Part shown: piece after piece, positions 6,866 through 20,500 of the stretch
Layout: each line of letters begins with the position of its first letter
Numbering within the stretch: the stretch's first letter is position 1
From: Eledone cirrhosa
Taxonomy: Eukaryota
Direction of reading: 5' to 3'
DNA length: 64,000 nt
Assembly: GCA_964016885.1 (NCBI GenBank)
Contig: OZ024740.1
Coordinates: forward strand, 35,464,001-35,528,000
Translations under genes and position numbers: made by a program
The notes under the pieces: model-generated
The model's input: only the letters and a program-made list of their open reading frames with translations
What the model was told of the DNA's origin: nothing
Database searches by the model: none

Positions 6866-9800
6866 ACAGTTAGATGTAAGGTGTTGTGGTTTAACAGGTG
6901 ACAGTTAGATGTAAGGTGTTGTGGTTTAACAGACGACAGTTAGATGTAAGGTGTTGTGGTTTAACAGGAGACAGTTAGATGTAATGTGTTGTGGTTTAAC
7001 AGGCAACAGTTAGATGTAAGGTGTTGTGGTTTAACAGACGACAGTTAGATGTAATGTGTTGTGGTTTAACAGGCAACAGTTAGATGTAAGGTGTTGTGGT
7101 TTAACAAGAGACAGTTAGATGTAATGTGTTGTGGTTTAACAGGCAACAGTTAGATGTAAGGTGTAGTGGTTTAACAGACGACAGTTAGATGTAAGGTGTT
7201 GTGGTTTAACAGACGACAGTTAGATGTAAGGTGTTGTTGTTTAACAGGTGACAGTTAGATGTAAGGTGTAGTGGTTTAACAGGTGACAGTTAGATGTAAG
7301 GTGTAGAGGTTTAACAGACGAGAGTTAGATGTAAGGTGTTGTGGTGTAACAGGCGACATATAGACGTAAGGTGTAGTGGTTTAATAGGCGACAGTTAGAT
7401 GTAAGGTGTTGCGGTTTAACAGGCGAAAGTTAGATGTAAAGTGTTGTGGTTTAACAGGCGACAGTTAGATGTAAGGTGTTGTGGTTTAACAGGCGAGAGT
7501 TAGATGTATGGTGTTGTCGTTAAACAGGCGACAGTTAGATGGAAGGTGTTGTGGTTTCACAGGTGACAGTTAGATGAAAGGTGTTGTGGTTTAACAGGCG
7601 ACAGTTAGATGTAAGGTGTTGTGGTTCAACAGGTGACAGTTAGATGTAAGGTGTTGAGGTTTAACAGGCGACAGTTAGATGTAAGGTGTTGTGGTTTAAC
7701 AGGCGACAGTGAGATGTAAGGTGTTGGTGGTATAACAGGCGACAGTTAGATGTAAGGTGTTGTGGTTTCACAGGTGACAGTTAGATGAAAGGTGTTGTGG
7801 TTTAACAGGCGACAGTTAGATGTAAGGTGTTGTGGTTTCACAGGTGACAGTTAGATGAAAGGTGTTGTGGTTTCACAGGTGACAGTTAGATGAAAGGTGT
7901 TGTGGTTTAACAGGCAACAGTTAGATGTAAGGTGTTGTGGTTCAACAGGCGACAGTTAGATGTAAGGTGTTTAGGTTTAACAGGTGACAGTTATATGTAA
8001 GGTGTTGTGGTTTAACAGGCGACAGTGAGATGTAAGGTGTTGTGGTTTAACAGACGACAGTGAGATGTAAGGTGTTGTGGTTTAACAGGTGACAGTTCGA
8101 CGTAAGGTGTTGTGGTTTAACAAACGTCAGTTAGATGTAAGGTGTTGTGGTACAACAGGCGACATTTAGATGTAAGGTGTTGTGGTTTAACAGGTGACAG
8201 TTAGATGTAAGGTGTTGTGGTTTAACAGGTGACAGTTAGATGTAAGGTGTAGGGGTTTAACAGGCAACAGTTGGATGTAAGGTGTTGTGGTTTAACAGGT
8301 GACAGTTAGATGTAAGATTTTGTGGTTTAACAGGCGACAGTTAGATGTAATGTCTTCTGGTTTAACAGGCAACAGTTAGATGTAAGGTGTTGTGGTTTAA
8401 CAGGTGACAGTTAGATGTAAGGTGTAGAGGTTTAACAGACGACAGTTAGATGTGAGGTGTTGTGGTTTAACAGGTGACAGTTAGATGTAAGGTGTGGTGG
8501 TTTAACAGGCGACAGTTAGATGTAAGGTGTTGTGGTTTAACAGGTGACAGCTAGATGTAAGATGTTGTGGTTTAACAGGTGACAGTTGTATGAAAGTTGT
8601 TGTGGTTCAACAGACGAGAGTTAAATGTAAGGTGTTGTGGTTTAACAGACGACAGTTAGATGTAATGTGTTGTTTAACAGACGTTAGTTAGATGTAAGGT
8701 GTAGTGGTTTAACAGGTGACAGTTAGATGTAAGGTGTTGTCGTTTAACAGGCGACAGTGAGATGTAAGTTGTTGTGGTTTAACAGGCGACAGTGAGATGT
8801 AAGGTGTTGTGGTTTAACAGGCGACAGTGAGATGTAAGGTGTAGTGGTTTAACAGGTGACAGTTAGATGTAAGATGTTGTGGTTTAACAGACGACAGTGA
8901 GATGTAAGGCGTTGTGGTTTAACAGGCGACAGTGAGATGTAAGGTGTTGTGGTTTAACAGGCGACAGTGAGATGTAAGGTGTAGTGGTTTAACAGGTGAC
9001 AGTTAGATGTATGGTGTTGTCGTTAAACAGGCGACAGTTAGATGGAAGGTGTTGTGGTTTCACAGGTGACAGTTAGATGAAAGGTGTTGTGGTTTAACAG
9101 GCGACAGTTAGATGTAAGGTGATGTGGTTCAACAGGTGACAGTTAGATGTAAGGTGTAGAGGTTTAACAGACGACAGTTAGATGTGAGGTGTTGTGGTTT
9201 AACAGGTGACAGTTAGATGTAAGGTGTGGTGGTTTAACAGGTGACAGTTAGATGTAAGGTGTTGTGGTTTAACAGGTGACAGTTAGATGTAAGATGTTGT
9301 GGTTTAACAGGTGACAGTTGTATGAAAGTTGTTGTGGTTCAACAGACGAGAGTTAAATGTAAGGTGTTGTGGTTTAACAGACGACAGTTAGATGTATTGT
9401 GTTGTGATTTCACAGGTGACTGTTAGATGTAAGGTGTTGTGGTTTAACAGGCGACAGTTAGATGTAAGGTGTTGTGGTTTAACAGGCGACAGTGAGATGT
9501 AAGGTGTTGTGGTTTAACAGGCGACAGTGAGATGTAAGGTGTAGTGGTTTAACAGGTGACAGTTAGATGTATGGTGTTGTCGTTAAACAGGCGACAGTTA
9601 GATGGAAGGTGTTGTGGTTTCACACGTGACAGTTAGATGTAAGGTGTTGTGGTTTAACAGGCGACAGTTAGATGTAAGGTGTTGTGGTTTAACAGGCGAC
9701 AGTTAGATGTAAGGTGTTGTCGTTTAACAGGCGACAGTTACATGGAAGGGGTTGTGGTTTAACAGGTGACAGTAAGATGTAAGGTGTTGGGGTTCAACAG

Positions 9801-12800
9801 GTGACAGTTAGATGTAAGGTGTAGTGGTTTAACAGACGACAGTTAGATGTAAGGTGTTGTGGTTTAACAGGTGACAGTTAGATGTAAGGTGTTGGGGTTC
9901 AACAGGCGACAGTTAGATGTAAGATGTTGTGGTTTAACAGGTGACAGTTGTATGAAAGTTGTTGTGGTTCAACAGACGAGAGTTAAATGTAAGGTGTTGT
10001 GGTTTAACAGACGACAGTTAGATGTAATGTGTTGTTTAACAGACGTTAGTTAAATGTAAGGTGTAGTGGTTTAACAGGTGACAGTAAGATGTAAGGTGTT
10101 GTCGTTTAACAGGCGACAGTGAGATGTAAGTTGTTGTGGTTTAACAGGCGACAGTGAGATGTAAGGTGTTGTGGTTTAACAGGCGACAGTGAGATGTAAG
10201 GTGTAGTGGTTTAACAGGTGACAGTTAGATGTACGGTGTTGTCGTTAAACAGGCGACAGTTAGATGTAAGGTGTTGTGGTTCAACAGGCGACAGTTAGAT
10301 GTAAGGTGTTGTGGTTTAACAGGCGACAGTGAGATGTTTTGTGTTGTGATTTCACAGGTGACAGTTAGATGTAAGGTGTTGTGGTTTAACATGCGACAGT
10401 TAGATGTAAGGTGTTGTGGTTTAACAGGCGACAGTTAGATGTAAGGTGTTGTGGTTTAACAGGCGACAGTTAGATGTAAGGTGTTGTGGTTTAACAGGCG
10501 ACAGTTAGATGTAAGGTGTTGTCGTTTAACAGGCGACAGTTACATGGAAGGGGTTGTGGTTTAACAGGTGACAGTTAGATGTAAGGTGTTGGGGTTCAAC
10601 AGGTGACAGTTAGATGTAAGATTTTGTGGTTTAACAGGCGACAGTTAGATGTAATGTCTTCTGGTTTAACAGGCAACAGTTAGATGTAAGGTGTTGTGGT
10701 TTAACAGGTGACAGTTAGATGTAAGGTGTTGTGGTTTAACAGACGACAGTTAGATGTAAGGTGTTGTGGTTTAACAGGAGACAGTTAGATGTAATGTGTT
10801 GTGGTTTAACAGGCAACAGTTAGATGTAAGGTGTTGTGGTTTAACAGACGACAGTTAGATGTAATGTGTTGTGGTTTAACAGGCAACAGTTAGATGTAAG
10901 GTGTTGTGGTTTAACAAGAGACAGTTAGATGTAATGTGTTGTGGTTTAACAGGCAACAGTTAGATGTAAGGTGTAGTGGTTTAACAGACGACAGTTAGAT
11001 GTAAGGTGTTGTGGTTTAACAGACGACAGTTAGATGTAAGGTGTTGTTGTTTAACAGGTGACAGTTAGATGTAAGGTGTAGTGGTTTAACAGGTGACAGT
11101 TAGATGTAAGGTGTAGAGGTTTAACAGACGAGAGTTAGATGTAAGGTGTTGTGGTGTAACAGGCGACATATAGACGTAAGGTGTAGTGGTTTAATAGGCG
11201 ACAGTTAGATGTAAGGTGTTGCGGTTTAACAGGCGAAAGTTAGATGTAAAGTGTTGTGGTTTAACAGGCGACAGTTAGATGTAAGGTGTTGTGGTTTAAC
11301 AGGCGAGAGTTAGATGTATGGTGTTGTCGTTAAACAGGCGACAGTTAGATGGAAGGTGTTGTGGTTTCACAGGTGACAGTTAGATGAAAGGTGTTGTGGT
11401 TTAACAGGCGACAGTTAGATGTAAGGTGTTGTGGTTCAACAGGTGACAGTTAGATGTAAGGTGTTGAGGTTTAACAGGCGACAGTTAGATGTAAGGTGTT
11501 GTGGTTTAACAGGCGACAGTGAGATGTAAGGTGTTGGTGGTATAACAGGCGACAGTTAGATGTAAGGTGTTGTGGTTTCACAGGTGACAGTTAGATGAAA
11601 GGTGTTGTGGTTTAACAGGCGACAGTTAGATGTAAGGTGTTGTGGTTTCACAGGTGACAGTTAGATGAAAGGTGTTGTGGTTTCACAGGTGACAGTTAGA
11701 TGAAAGGTGTTGTGGTTTAACAGGCAACAGTTAGATGTAAGGTGTTGTGGTTCAACAGGCGACAGTTAGATGTAAGGTGTTTAGGTTTAACAGGTGACAG
11801 TTATATGTAAGGTGTTGTGGTTTAACAGGCGACAGTGAGATGTAAGGTGTTGTGGTTTAACAGACGACAGTGAGATGTAAGGTGTTGTGGTTTAACAGGT
11901 GACAGTTCGACGTAAGGTGTTGTGGTTTAACAAACGTCAGTTAGATGTAAGGTGTTGTGGTACAACAGGCGACATTTAGATGTAAGGTGTTGTGGTTTAA
12001 CAGGTGACAGTTAGATGTAAGGTGTTGTGGTTTAACAGGTGACAGTTAGATGTAAGGTGTAGGGGTTTAACAGGCAACAGTTGGATGTAAGGTGTTGTGG
12101 TTTAACAGGTGACAGTTAGATGTAAGATTTTGTGGTTTAACAGGCGACAGTTAGATGTAATGTCTTCTGGTTTAACAGGCAACAGTTAGATGTAAGGTGT
12201 TGTGGTTTAACAGGTGACAGTTAGATGTAAGGTGTAGAGGTTTAACAGACGACAGTTAGATGTGAGGTGTTGTGGTTTAACAGGTGACAGTTAGATGTAA
12301 GGTGTGGTGGTTTAACAGGCGACAGTTAGATGTAAGGTGTTGTGGTTTAACAGGTGACAGCTAGATGTAAGATGTTGTGGTTTAACAGGTGACAGTTGTA
12401 TGAAAGTTGTTGTGGTTCAACAGACGAGAGTTAAATGTAAGGTGTTGTGGTTTAACAGACGACAGTTAGATGTAATGTGTTGTTTAACAGACGTTAGTTA
12501 GATGTAAGGTGTAGTGGTTTAACAGGTGACAGTTAGATGTAAGGTGTTGTCGTTTAACAGGCGACAGTGAGATGTAAGTTGTTGTGGTTTAACAGGCGAC
12601 AGTGAGATGTAAGGTGTTGTGGTTTAACAGGCGACAGTGAGATGTAAGGTGTAGTGGTTTAACAGGTGACAGTTAGATGTAAGATGTTGTGGTTTAACAG
12701 ACGACAGTGAGATGTAAGGCGTTGTGGTTTAACAGGCGACAGTGAGATGTAAGGTGTTGTGGTTTAACAGGCGACAGTGAGATGTAAGGTGTAGTGGTTT

Positions 12801-14539
12801 AACAGGTGACAGTTAGATGTATGGTGTTGTCGTTAAACAGGCGACAGTTAGATGGAAGGTGTTGTGGTTTCACAGGTGACAGTTAGATGAAAGGTGTTGT
12901 GGTTTAACAGGCGACAGTTAGATGTAAGGTGATGTGGTTCAACAGGTGACAGTTAGATGTAAGGTGTAGAGGTTTAACAGACGACAGTTAGATGTGAGGT
13001 GTTGTGGTTTAACAGGTGACAGTTAGATGTAAGGTGTGGTGGTTTAACAGGTGACAGTTAGATGTAAGGTGTTGTGGTTTAACAGGTGACAGTTAGATGT
13101 AAGATGTTGTGGTTTAACAGGTGACAGTTGTATGAAAGTTGTTGTGGTTCAACAGACGAGAGTTAAATGTAAGGTGTTGTGGTTTAACAGACGACAGTTA
13201 GATGTATTGTGTTGTGATTTCACAGGTGACTGTTAGATGTAAGGTGTTGTGGTTTAACAGGCGACAGTTAGATGTAAGGTGTTGTGGTTTAACAGGCGAC
13301 AGTGAGATGTAAGGTGTTGTGGTTTAACAGGCGACAGTGAGATGTAAGGTGTAGTGGTTTAACAGGTGACAGTTAGATGTATGGTGTTGTCGTTAAACAG
13401 GCGACAGTTAGATGGAAGGTGTTGTGGTTTCACACGTGACAGTTAGATGTAAGGTGTTGTGGTTTAACAGGCGACAGTTAGATGTAAGGTGTTGTGGTTT
13501 AACAGGCGACAGTTAGATGTAAGGTGTTGTCGTTTAACAGGCGACAGTTACATGGAAGGGGTTGTGGTTTAACAGGTGACAGTAAGATGTAAGGTGTTGG
13601 GGTTCAACAGGTGACAGTTAGATGTAAGGTGTAGTGGTTTAACAGACGACAGTTAGATGTAAGGTGTTGTGGTTTAACAGGTGACAGTTAGATGTAAGGT
13701 GTTGGGGTTCAACAGGCGACAGTTAGATGTAAGATGTTGTGGTTTAACAGGTGACAGTTGTATGAAAGTTGTTGTGGTTCAACAGACGAGAGTTAAATGT
13801 AAGGTGTTGTGGTTTAACAGACGACAGTTAGATGTAATGTGTTGTTTAACAGACGTTAGTTAAATGTAAGGTGTAGTGGTTTAACAGGTGACAGTAAGAT
13901 GTAAGGTGTTGTCGTTTAACAGGCGACAGTGAGATGTAAGTTGTTGTGGTTTAACAGGCGACAGTGAGATGTAAGGTGTTGTGGTTTAACAGGCGACAGT
14001 GAGATGTAAGGTGTAGTGGTTTAACAGGTGACAGTTAGATGTACGGTGTTGTCGTTAAACAGGCGACAGTTAGATGTAAGGTGTTGTGGTTCAACAGGCG
14101 ACAGTTAGATGTAAGGTGTTGTGGTTTAACAGGCGACAGTGAGATGTTTTGTGTTGTGATTTCACAGGTGACAGTTAGATGTAAGGTGTTGTGGTTTAAC
14201 AGGCGACAGTTAGATGTAAGGTGTTGTGGTTTAACAGGCGACAGTTAGATGTAAGGTGTTGTGGTTTAACAGGCGACAGTTAGATGTAAGGTGTTGTGGT
14301 TTAACAGGCGACAGTTAGATGTAAGGTGTTGTCGTTTAACAGGCGACAGTTACATGGAAGGGGTTGTGGTTTAACAGGTGACAGTTAGATGTAAGGTGTT
14401 GGGGTTCAACAGGTGACAGTTAGATGTAAGATTTTGTGGTTTAACAGGCGACAGTTAGATGTAATGTCTTCTGGTTTAACAGGCAACAGTTAGATGTAAG
14501 GTGTTGTGGTTTAACAGGTGACAGTTAGATGTAAGGTGT
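6866..14539 (+). repeat. Higher-order tandem duplication, period 3810 bp (109 monomers)
   Basis: Marker aacaggag at 6963 and 10773; ORF pairs 9871/13681 and 10229/14039 are offset by 3810, which equals 109x35+1-3-3. Confidence 0.92.
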
Positions 14540-17500
14540 AGAGGTTTAACAGACGACAGTTAGATGTGAGGTGTTGTGGTTTAACAGGTGACAGTTAGAT
14601 GTAAGGTGTGGTGGTTTAACAGGCGACAGTTAGATGTAAGGTGTTGTGGTTTAACAGGTGACAGCTAGATGTAAGATGTTGTGGTTTAACAGGTGACAGT
14701 TGTATGAAAGTTGTTGTGGTTCAACAGACGAGAGTTAAATGTAAGGTGTTGTGGTTTAACAGACGACAGTTAGATGTAATGTGTTGTTTAACAGACGTTA
14801 GTTAGATGTAAGGTGTTGTCGTTTAACAGGCGACAGTGAGATGTAAGTTGTTGTGGTTTAACAGGCGACAGTGAGATGTAAGGTGTTGTGGTTTAACAGG
14901 CGACAGTGAGATGTAAGGTGTAGTGGTTTAACAGGTGACAGTTAGATGTATGGTGTTGTCGTTAAACAGGCGACAGTTAGATGTAAGGTGTTGTGGTTCA
15001 ACAGGCGACAGTTAGATGTAAGGTTTTGTGGTTTAACAGGTGACAGTTAGATGTAAGATGTTGTGGTTTAACAGACGACAGTGAGATGTAAGGTGTTGTG
15101 GTTTAACAGGCGACAGTGAGATGTAAGGTGTTGTGGTTTAACAGGCGACAGTGAGATGTAAGGTGTAGTGGTTTAACAGGTGACAGTTAGATGTATGGTG
15201 TTGTCGTTAAACAGGCGACAGTTAGATGGAAGGTGTTGTGGTTTCACAGGTGACAGTTAGATGAAAGGTTTTGTGGTTTAACAGGCGACAATTAGATGTA
15301 AGGTGATGTGGTTCAACAGGTGACAGTTAGATGTAAGGTGTAGAGGTTTAACAGACGACAGTTAGATGTGAGGTGTTGTGGTTTAACAGGTGACAGTTAG
15401 ATGTAAGGTGTGGTGGTTTAACAGGCGACAGTTAGATGTAAGGTGTTGTGGTTTAACAGGTGACAGTTAGATGTAAGATGTTGTGGTTTAACAGGTGACA
15501 GATGTATGAAAGTTGTTGTGGTTCAACAGACGAGAGTTAAATGTAAGGTGTTGTGGTTTAACAGACGACAGTTAGATGTATTGTGTTGTGATTTCACAGG
15601 TGACTGTTAGATGTAAGGTGTTGTGGTTTAACAGGCGACAGTTAGATGTAAGGTGTTGTGGTTTAACAGGCGACAGTGAGATGTAAGGTGTTGTGGTTTA
15701 ACAGCCGACAGTGAGATGTAAGGTGTAGTGGTTTAACAGACGACAGTTAGATGTAAGGTGTGGTTTAACAGGTGACAGTTAGATGTAAGGGGTTGGGGTT
15801 CAACAGGCGACAGTTAGATGGAAGGTGTTGTGGTTTAACAGGTGACAGTTAGATGTAAGGTGTTGTGCTTTAACAGGCGACAGTGAGATGTAAGGTGTTT
15901 TGGTTTAACAGACGACAGTGAGATGTAAGGTGTTGTGGTTTAAAAGGTGACAGTTCGATGTAAGATGTTGTGGTTTAACAGGTGACAGTTAGATGCAAGG
16001 TGTAGGAGTTTAACAAGCAACAGTTAGATGTAAGGTGTTGTGGTTTAACAGGTGACAGTTAGATGGAAGATTTTGTGGTTTAACAGGCGACAGTTAGATG
16101 TAAGGTGTAGTGGTTTAACAGACGACAGTTAGATGTAAGGTGTAGTGGTTTAACAGACGACAGTTAGATGTAAGGTGTAGTGGTTCAACAGAAGACAGTT
16201 AGATGTAAGGTGTAGTGGTTCAACAGGCGACAGTTAGATGTAAGGTGTCCTGGTTTAACAGACGACAGTTAGATCTAAGTTTTAGTGGTTTAACAGACGA
16301 CAGTTAGATGTAAGCTGTAGTGGTTCAACAGACGACAGTTAAATGTAAGGTGTTGTGGTTTAACAGGTGAAAGTTAGATGTAAGGTGTAGTGGTTTAACA
16401 GACGGCAGTTAGATGTAAGGTGTAGTGGTTTAATAGGCGACAGTTAGATGTAAGGTGTAGTCGTTTAACAGACGAGACTTAAATGTAAGGTGTTGTGGTT
16501 TAACAGGCGACAGTTAGATGTAAGGTGTTGTGGTTTAACAGACGTCAGTTAGATGTAAGGTGTTGTGGTCCAACGGACGAGAGTTAAATGTAAGGTGTTG
16601 TGGTTTAACAGACGACAGTTAGATGTAATGAGTCGTTTAACAGTCGTTAGTTAGATGTAAGGTGTAGTGGTTTAACAGGTGACAGTTAGATGTAAGGTGT
16701 TGTCGTTTAACAGGCGACAGTTAGATGGAAGGTGTTGTGGTTCAACATGCGACAGTTAGATGTATGGTGTTGTGGTTTAACAGGCGACAGTGACATGTAA
16801 GATTTTTTTGTTTAACAGGCGACAGTGAGATGTAAGGTGTTGTGGTTTAACAGGCGACAGTGAGATGTAAGGTGTTGTGGTTCAACAGGCGACAGTTATA
16901 TGTATGGTGTTGTGGTTTAACAGGCGACAGTGACATGTAAGATGTTGTGGTTTAACAGGCGACAGTGAGATGTAAGGTGTAGTAGTTTAACAGGTGACAG
17001 TTAGGTGTAAGGTATAGTGGTTTAACAGGCGACAGTTAGATGTAAGGTGTTGTGGTTTAAGAGGCGACACTGAGATGTAAGGTGTTGTGGTTCAACAGGC
17101 GACAGTTAGATGTAAGGTGTTGTCGTTTAACAGGCAACAGTTAGATGGAAGGTGTTGTGGTTTAACAGGTGACAGTGAGATGTAAGGTATAGTGGTTTAA
17201 CAGGCGACAGTGAGATGTAAGGTGTTGTGGTTCAACAGGCGACAGTTAGATGTAAGGTTTTGTGGTTTAACAGGTGACAGTTAGATGTAAGGTGTTGTGG
17301 TTTAACAGACGACATTGAGATGTAAGGTGTTGTGGTTTAACAGGTGACAGTTAGATGTAAGATGTTGTGGTTTAACAGACGACAGTGAGATGTAAGGTGT
17401 TGTGGTTTAACAGGCGACAGTGAGATGTAAGGTGTTGTGGTTCAACAGGCGACGGTTAGATGTATGGTGTTGTGGTTTAACAGGTGACAGTTAGATGTAA

Positions 17501-20500
17501 GGTGTTGTGGTTTAACAGGCCACAGTGAGTTGTAAGGTGTTGTGGTTTAACAGGCGACAGTGAGATGTAAGGTGTAGTGGTTTAACAGGTGAGAGTTAGA
17601 TGTATGGTGTTGTCGTTAAACAGGCGACAGTTAGATGGAAGGTGTTGTGGTTCAACAGGTGACAGTTAGATGTAAGGTGTTGAGGTTTAACAGGCGACAG
17701 TTAGATGTAAGGTGTTGTGGTTTAACAGGCGACAGTGAGATGTAAGGTGTTGTGGTTTAACAGGCGACAGTTAGATGTAAGGTGTTGTGGTTTCACAGGT
17801 GACAGTTAGATGCAAGGTGTTGTGGTTTAACAGGCGACAGTTAGATGTAAGGTGTTGTGGTTTCACAGGTGACAGTTAGATGAAAGGTGTTGTGGTTTCA
17901 CAGGTGACAGTTAGATGAAAGGTGTTGTGGTTTAACAGGCAACAGTTAGATGTAAGGTGTTGTGGTTCAACAGGCGACAGTTAGATGTAAGGTGTTTAGG
18001 TTTAACAGGTGACAGTTATATGTAAGGTGTTGTGGTTTAACAGGCGACAGTGAGATGTAAGGTGTTGTGGTTTAACAGACGACAGTGAGATGTAAGGTGT
18101 TGTGGTTTAACAGGTGACAGTTCGACGTAAGGTGTTGTGGTTTAACAAACGTCAGTTAGATGTAAGGTGTTGTGGTACAACAGGCGACATTTAGATGTAA
18201 GGTGTTGTGGTTTAACAGGTGACAGTTAGATGTAAGGTGTTGTGGTTTAACAGGTGACAGTTAGATGTAAGGTGTAGGGTTTTAACAGGCAACAGTTGGA
18301 TGTAAGGTGTTGTGGTTTAACAGGTGACAGTTAGATGTAAGATTTTGTGGTTTAACAGGCGACAGTTAGATGTAATGTCTTCTGGTTTAACAGGCAACAG
18401 TTAGATGTAAGGTGTTGTGGTTTAACAGGTGACAGTTAGATGTAAGGTGTAGAGGTTTAACAGACGACAGTTAGATGTGAGGTGTTGTGGTTTAACAGGT
18501 GACAGTTAGATGTAAGGTGTGGTGGTTTAACAGGCGACAGTTAGATGTAAGGTGTTGTGGTTTAACAGGTGACAGCTAGATGTAAGATGTTGTGGTTTAA
18601 CAGGTGACAGTTGTCTGAAAGTTGTTGTGGTTCAACAGACGAGAGTTAAATGTAAAGTGTTGTGGTTTAACAGACGACAGTTAGATGTAATGTGTTGTTT
18701 AACAGACGTTAGTTAGATGTAAGGTGTTGTCGTTTAACAGGCGACAGTGAGATGTAAGTTGTTGTGGTTTAACAGGCGACAGTGAGATGTAAGGTGTTGT
18801 GGTTTAACAGGCGACAGTGAGATGTAAGGTGTAGTGGTTTAACAGGTGACAGTTAGATGTATGGTGTTGTCGTTAAACAGGCGACAGTTAGATGTAAGGT
18901 GTTGTGGTTCAACAGGCGACAGTTAGATGTAAGGTTTTGTGGTTTAACAGGTGACAGATAGATGTAAGATGTTGTGGTTTAACAGACGACAGTGAGATGT
19001 AAGGTGTTGTGGTTTAACAGGCGACAGTGAGATGTAAGGTGTTGTGGTTTAACAGGCGACAGTGAGATGTAAGGTGTAGTGGTTTAACAGGTGACAGTTA
19101 GATGTATGGTGTTGTCGTTAAACAGGCGACAGTTAGATGGAAGGTGTTGTGGTTTCACAGGTGACAGTTAGATGAAAGTTTTTGTGGTTTAACAGGCGAC
19201 AGTTAGATGTAAGGTGATGTGGTTCAACAGGTGACAGTTAGATGTAAGGTGTAGAGGTTTAACAGACGACAGTTAGATGTGAGGTGTTGTGGTTTAACAG
19301 GTGACAGTTAGATGTAAGGTGTAGTGGTTTAACAGACGGCAGTTAGATGTAAGGTGTAGTGGTTTAATAGGCGACAGTTCGATGTAAGGTGTAGTCGTTT
19401 AACAGACGAGTCTTAAATGTAAGGTGTTGTGGTTTAACCGGCGACAGTTAGATGTAAGGTGTTGTGGTTTAACAGACGTCAGTTAGATGTAAGGTGTTGT
19501 GGTCCAACGGACGAGAGTTAAATGTAAGGTGTTGTGGTTTAACAGACGACAGTTAGATGTAATGAGTCGTTTAACAGTCGTTAGTTAGATGTAAGGTGTA
19601 GTGGTTTAACAGGTGACAGTTAGATGTAAGGTGTTGTCGTTTAACAGGCGACAGTTAGATGGAAGGTGTTGTGGTTCAACATGCGACAGTTAAATGTAAG
19701 GTGTTGTGGTTTAACAGACGACAGTTAGATGTAATGAGTCGTTTAACAGTCGTTAGTTAGATGTAAGGTGTAGTGGTTTAACAGGCGACAGTGAGATGTA
19801 AGGTGTAGAGGTTTAACAGACGACAGTTAGATGTGAGGTGTTGTGGTTTAACAGGTGACAGTTAGATGTAAGGTGTGGTGGTTTAACAGGCGACAGTTAG
19901 ATGTAAGGTGTTGTGGTTTAACAGGTGACAGCTAGATGTAAGATGTTGTGGTTTAACAGGTGACAGTTGTATGAAAGTTGTTGTGGTTCAACAGACGAGA
20001 GTTAAATGTAAGGTGTTGTGGTTTAACAGACGACAGTTCGATGTAATGTGTTGTTTAACAGACGTTAGTTAGATGTAAGGTGTAGTGGTTTAACAGGTGA
20101 CAGTTAGATGTAAGGTGTTGTCGTTTAACAGGCGACAGTGAGATGTAAGTTGTTGTGGTTTAACAGGCGACAGTGAGATGTAAGGTGTTGTGGTTTAACA
20201 GGCGACAGTGAGATGTAAGGTGTAGTGGTTTAACAGGTGACAGTTAGATGTAAGATGTTGTGGTTTAACAGACGACAGTGATATGTAAGGCGTTGTGGTT
20301 TAACAGGCGACAGTGAGATGTAAGGTGTTGTGGTTTAACAGGCGACAGTGAGATGTAAGGTGTAGTGGTTTAACAGGTGACAGTTAGATGTATGGTGTTG
20401 TCGTTAAACAGGCGACAGTTAGATGGAAGGTGTTGTGGTTTCACAGGTGACAGTTAGATGAAAGGTGTTGTGGTTTAACAGGCGACAGTTAGATGTAAGG

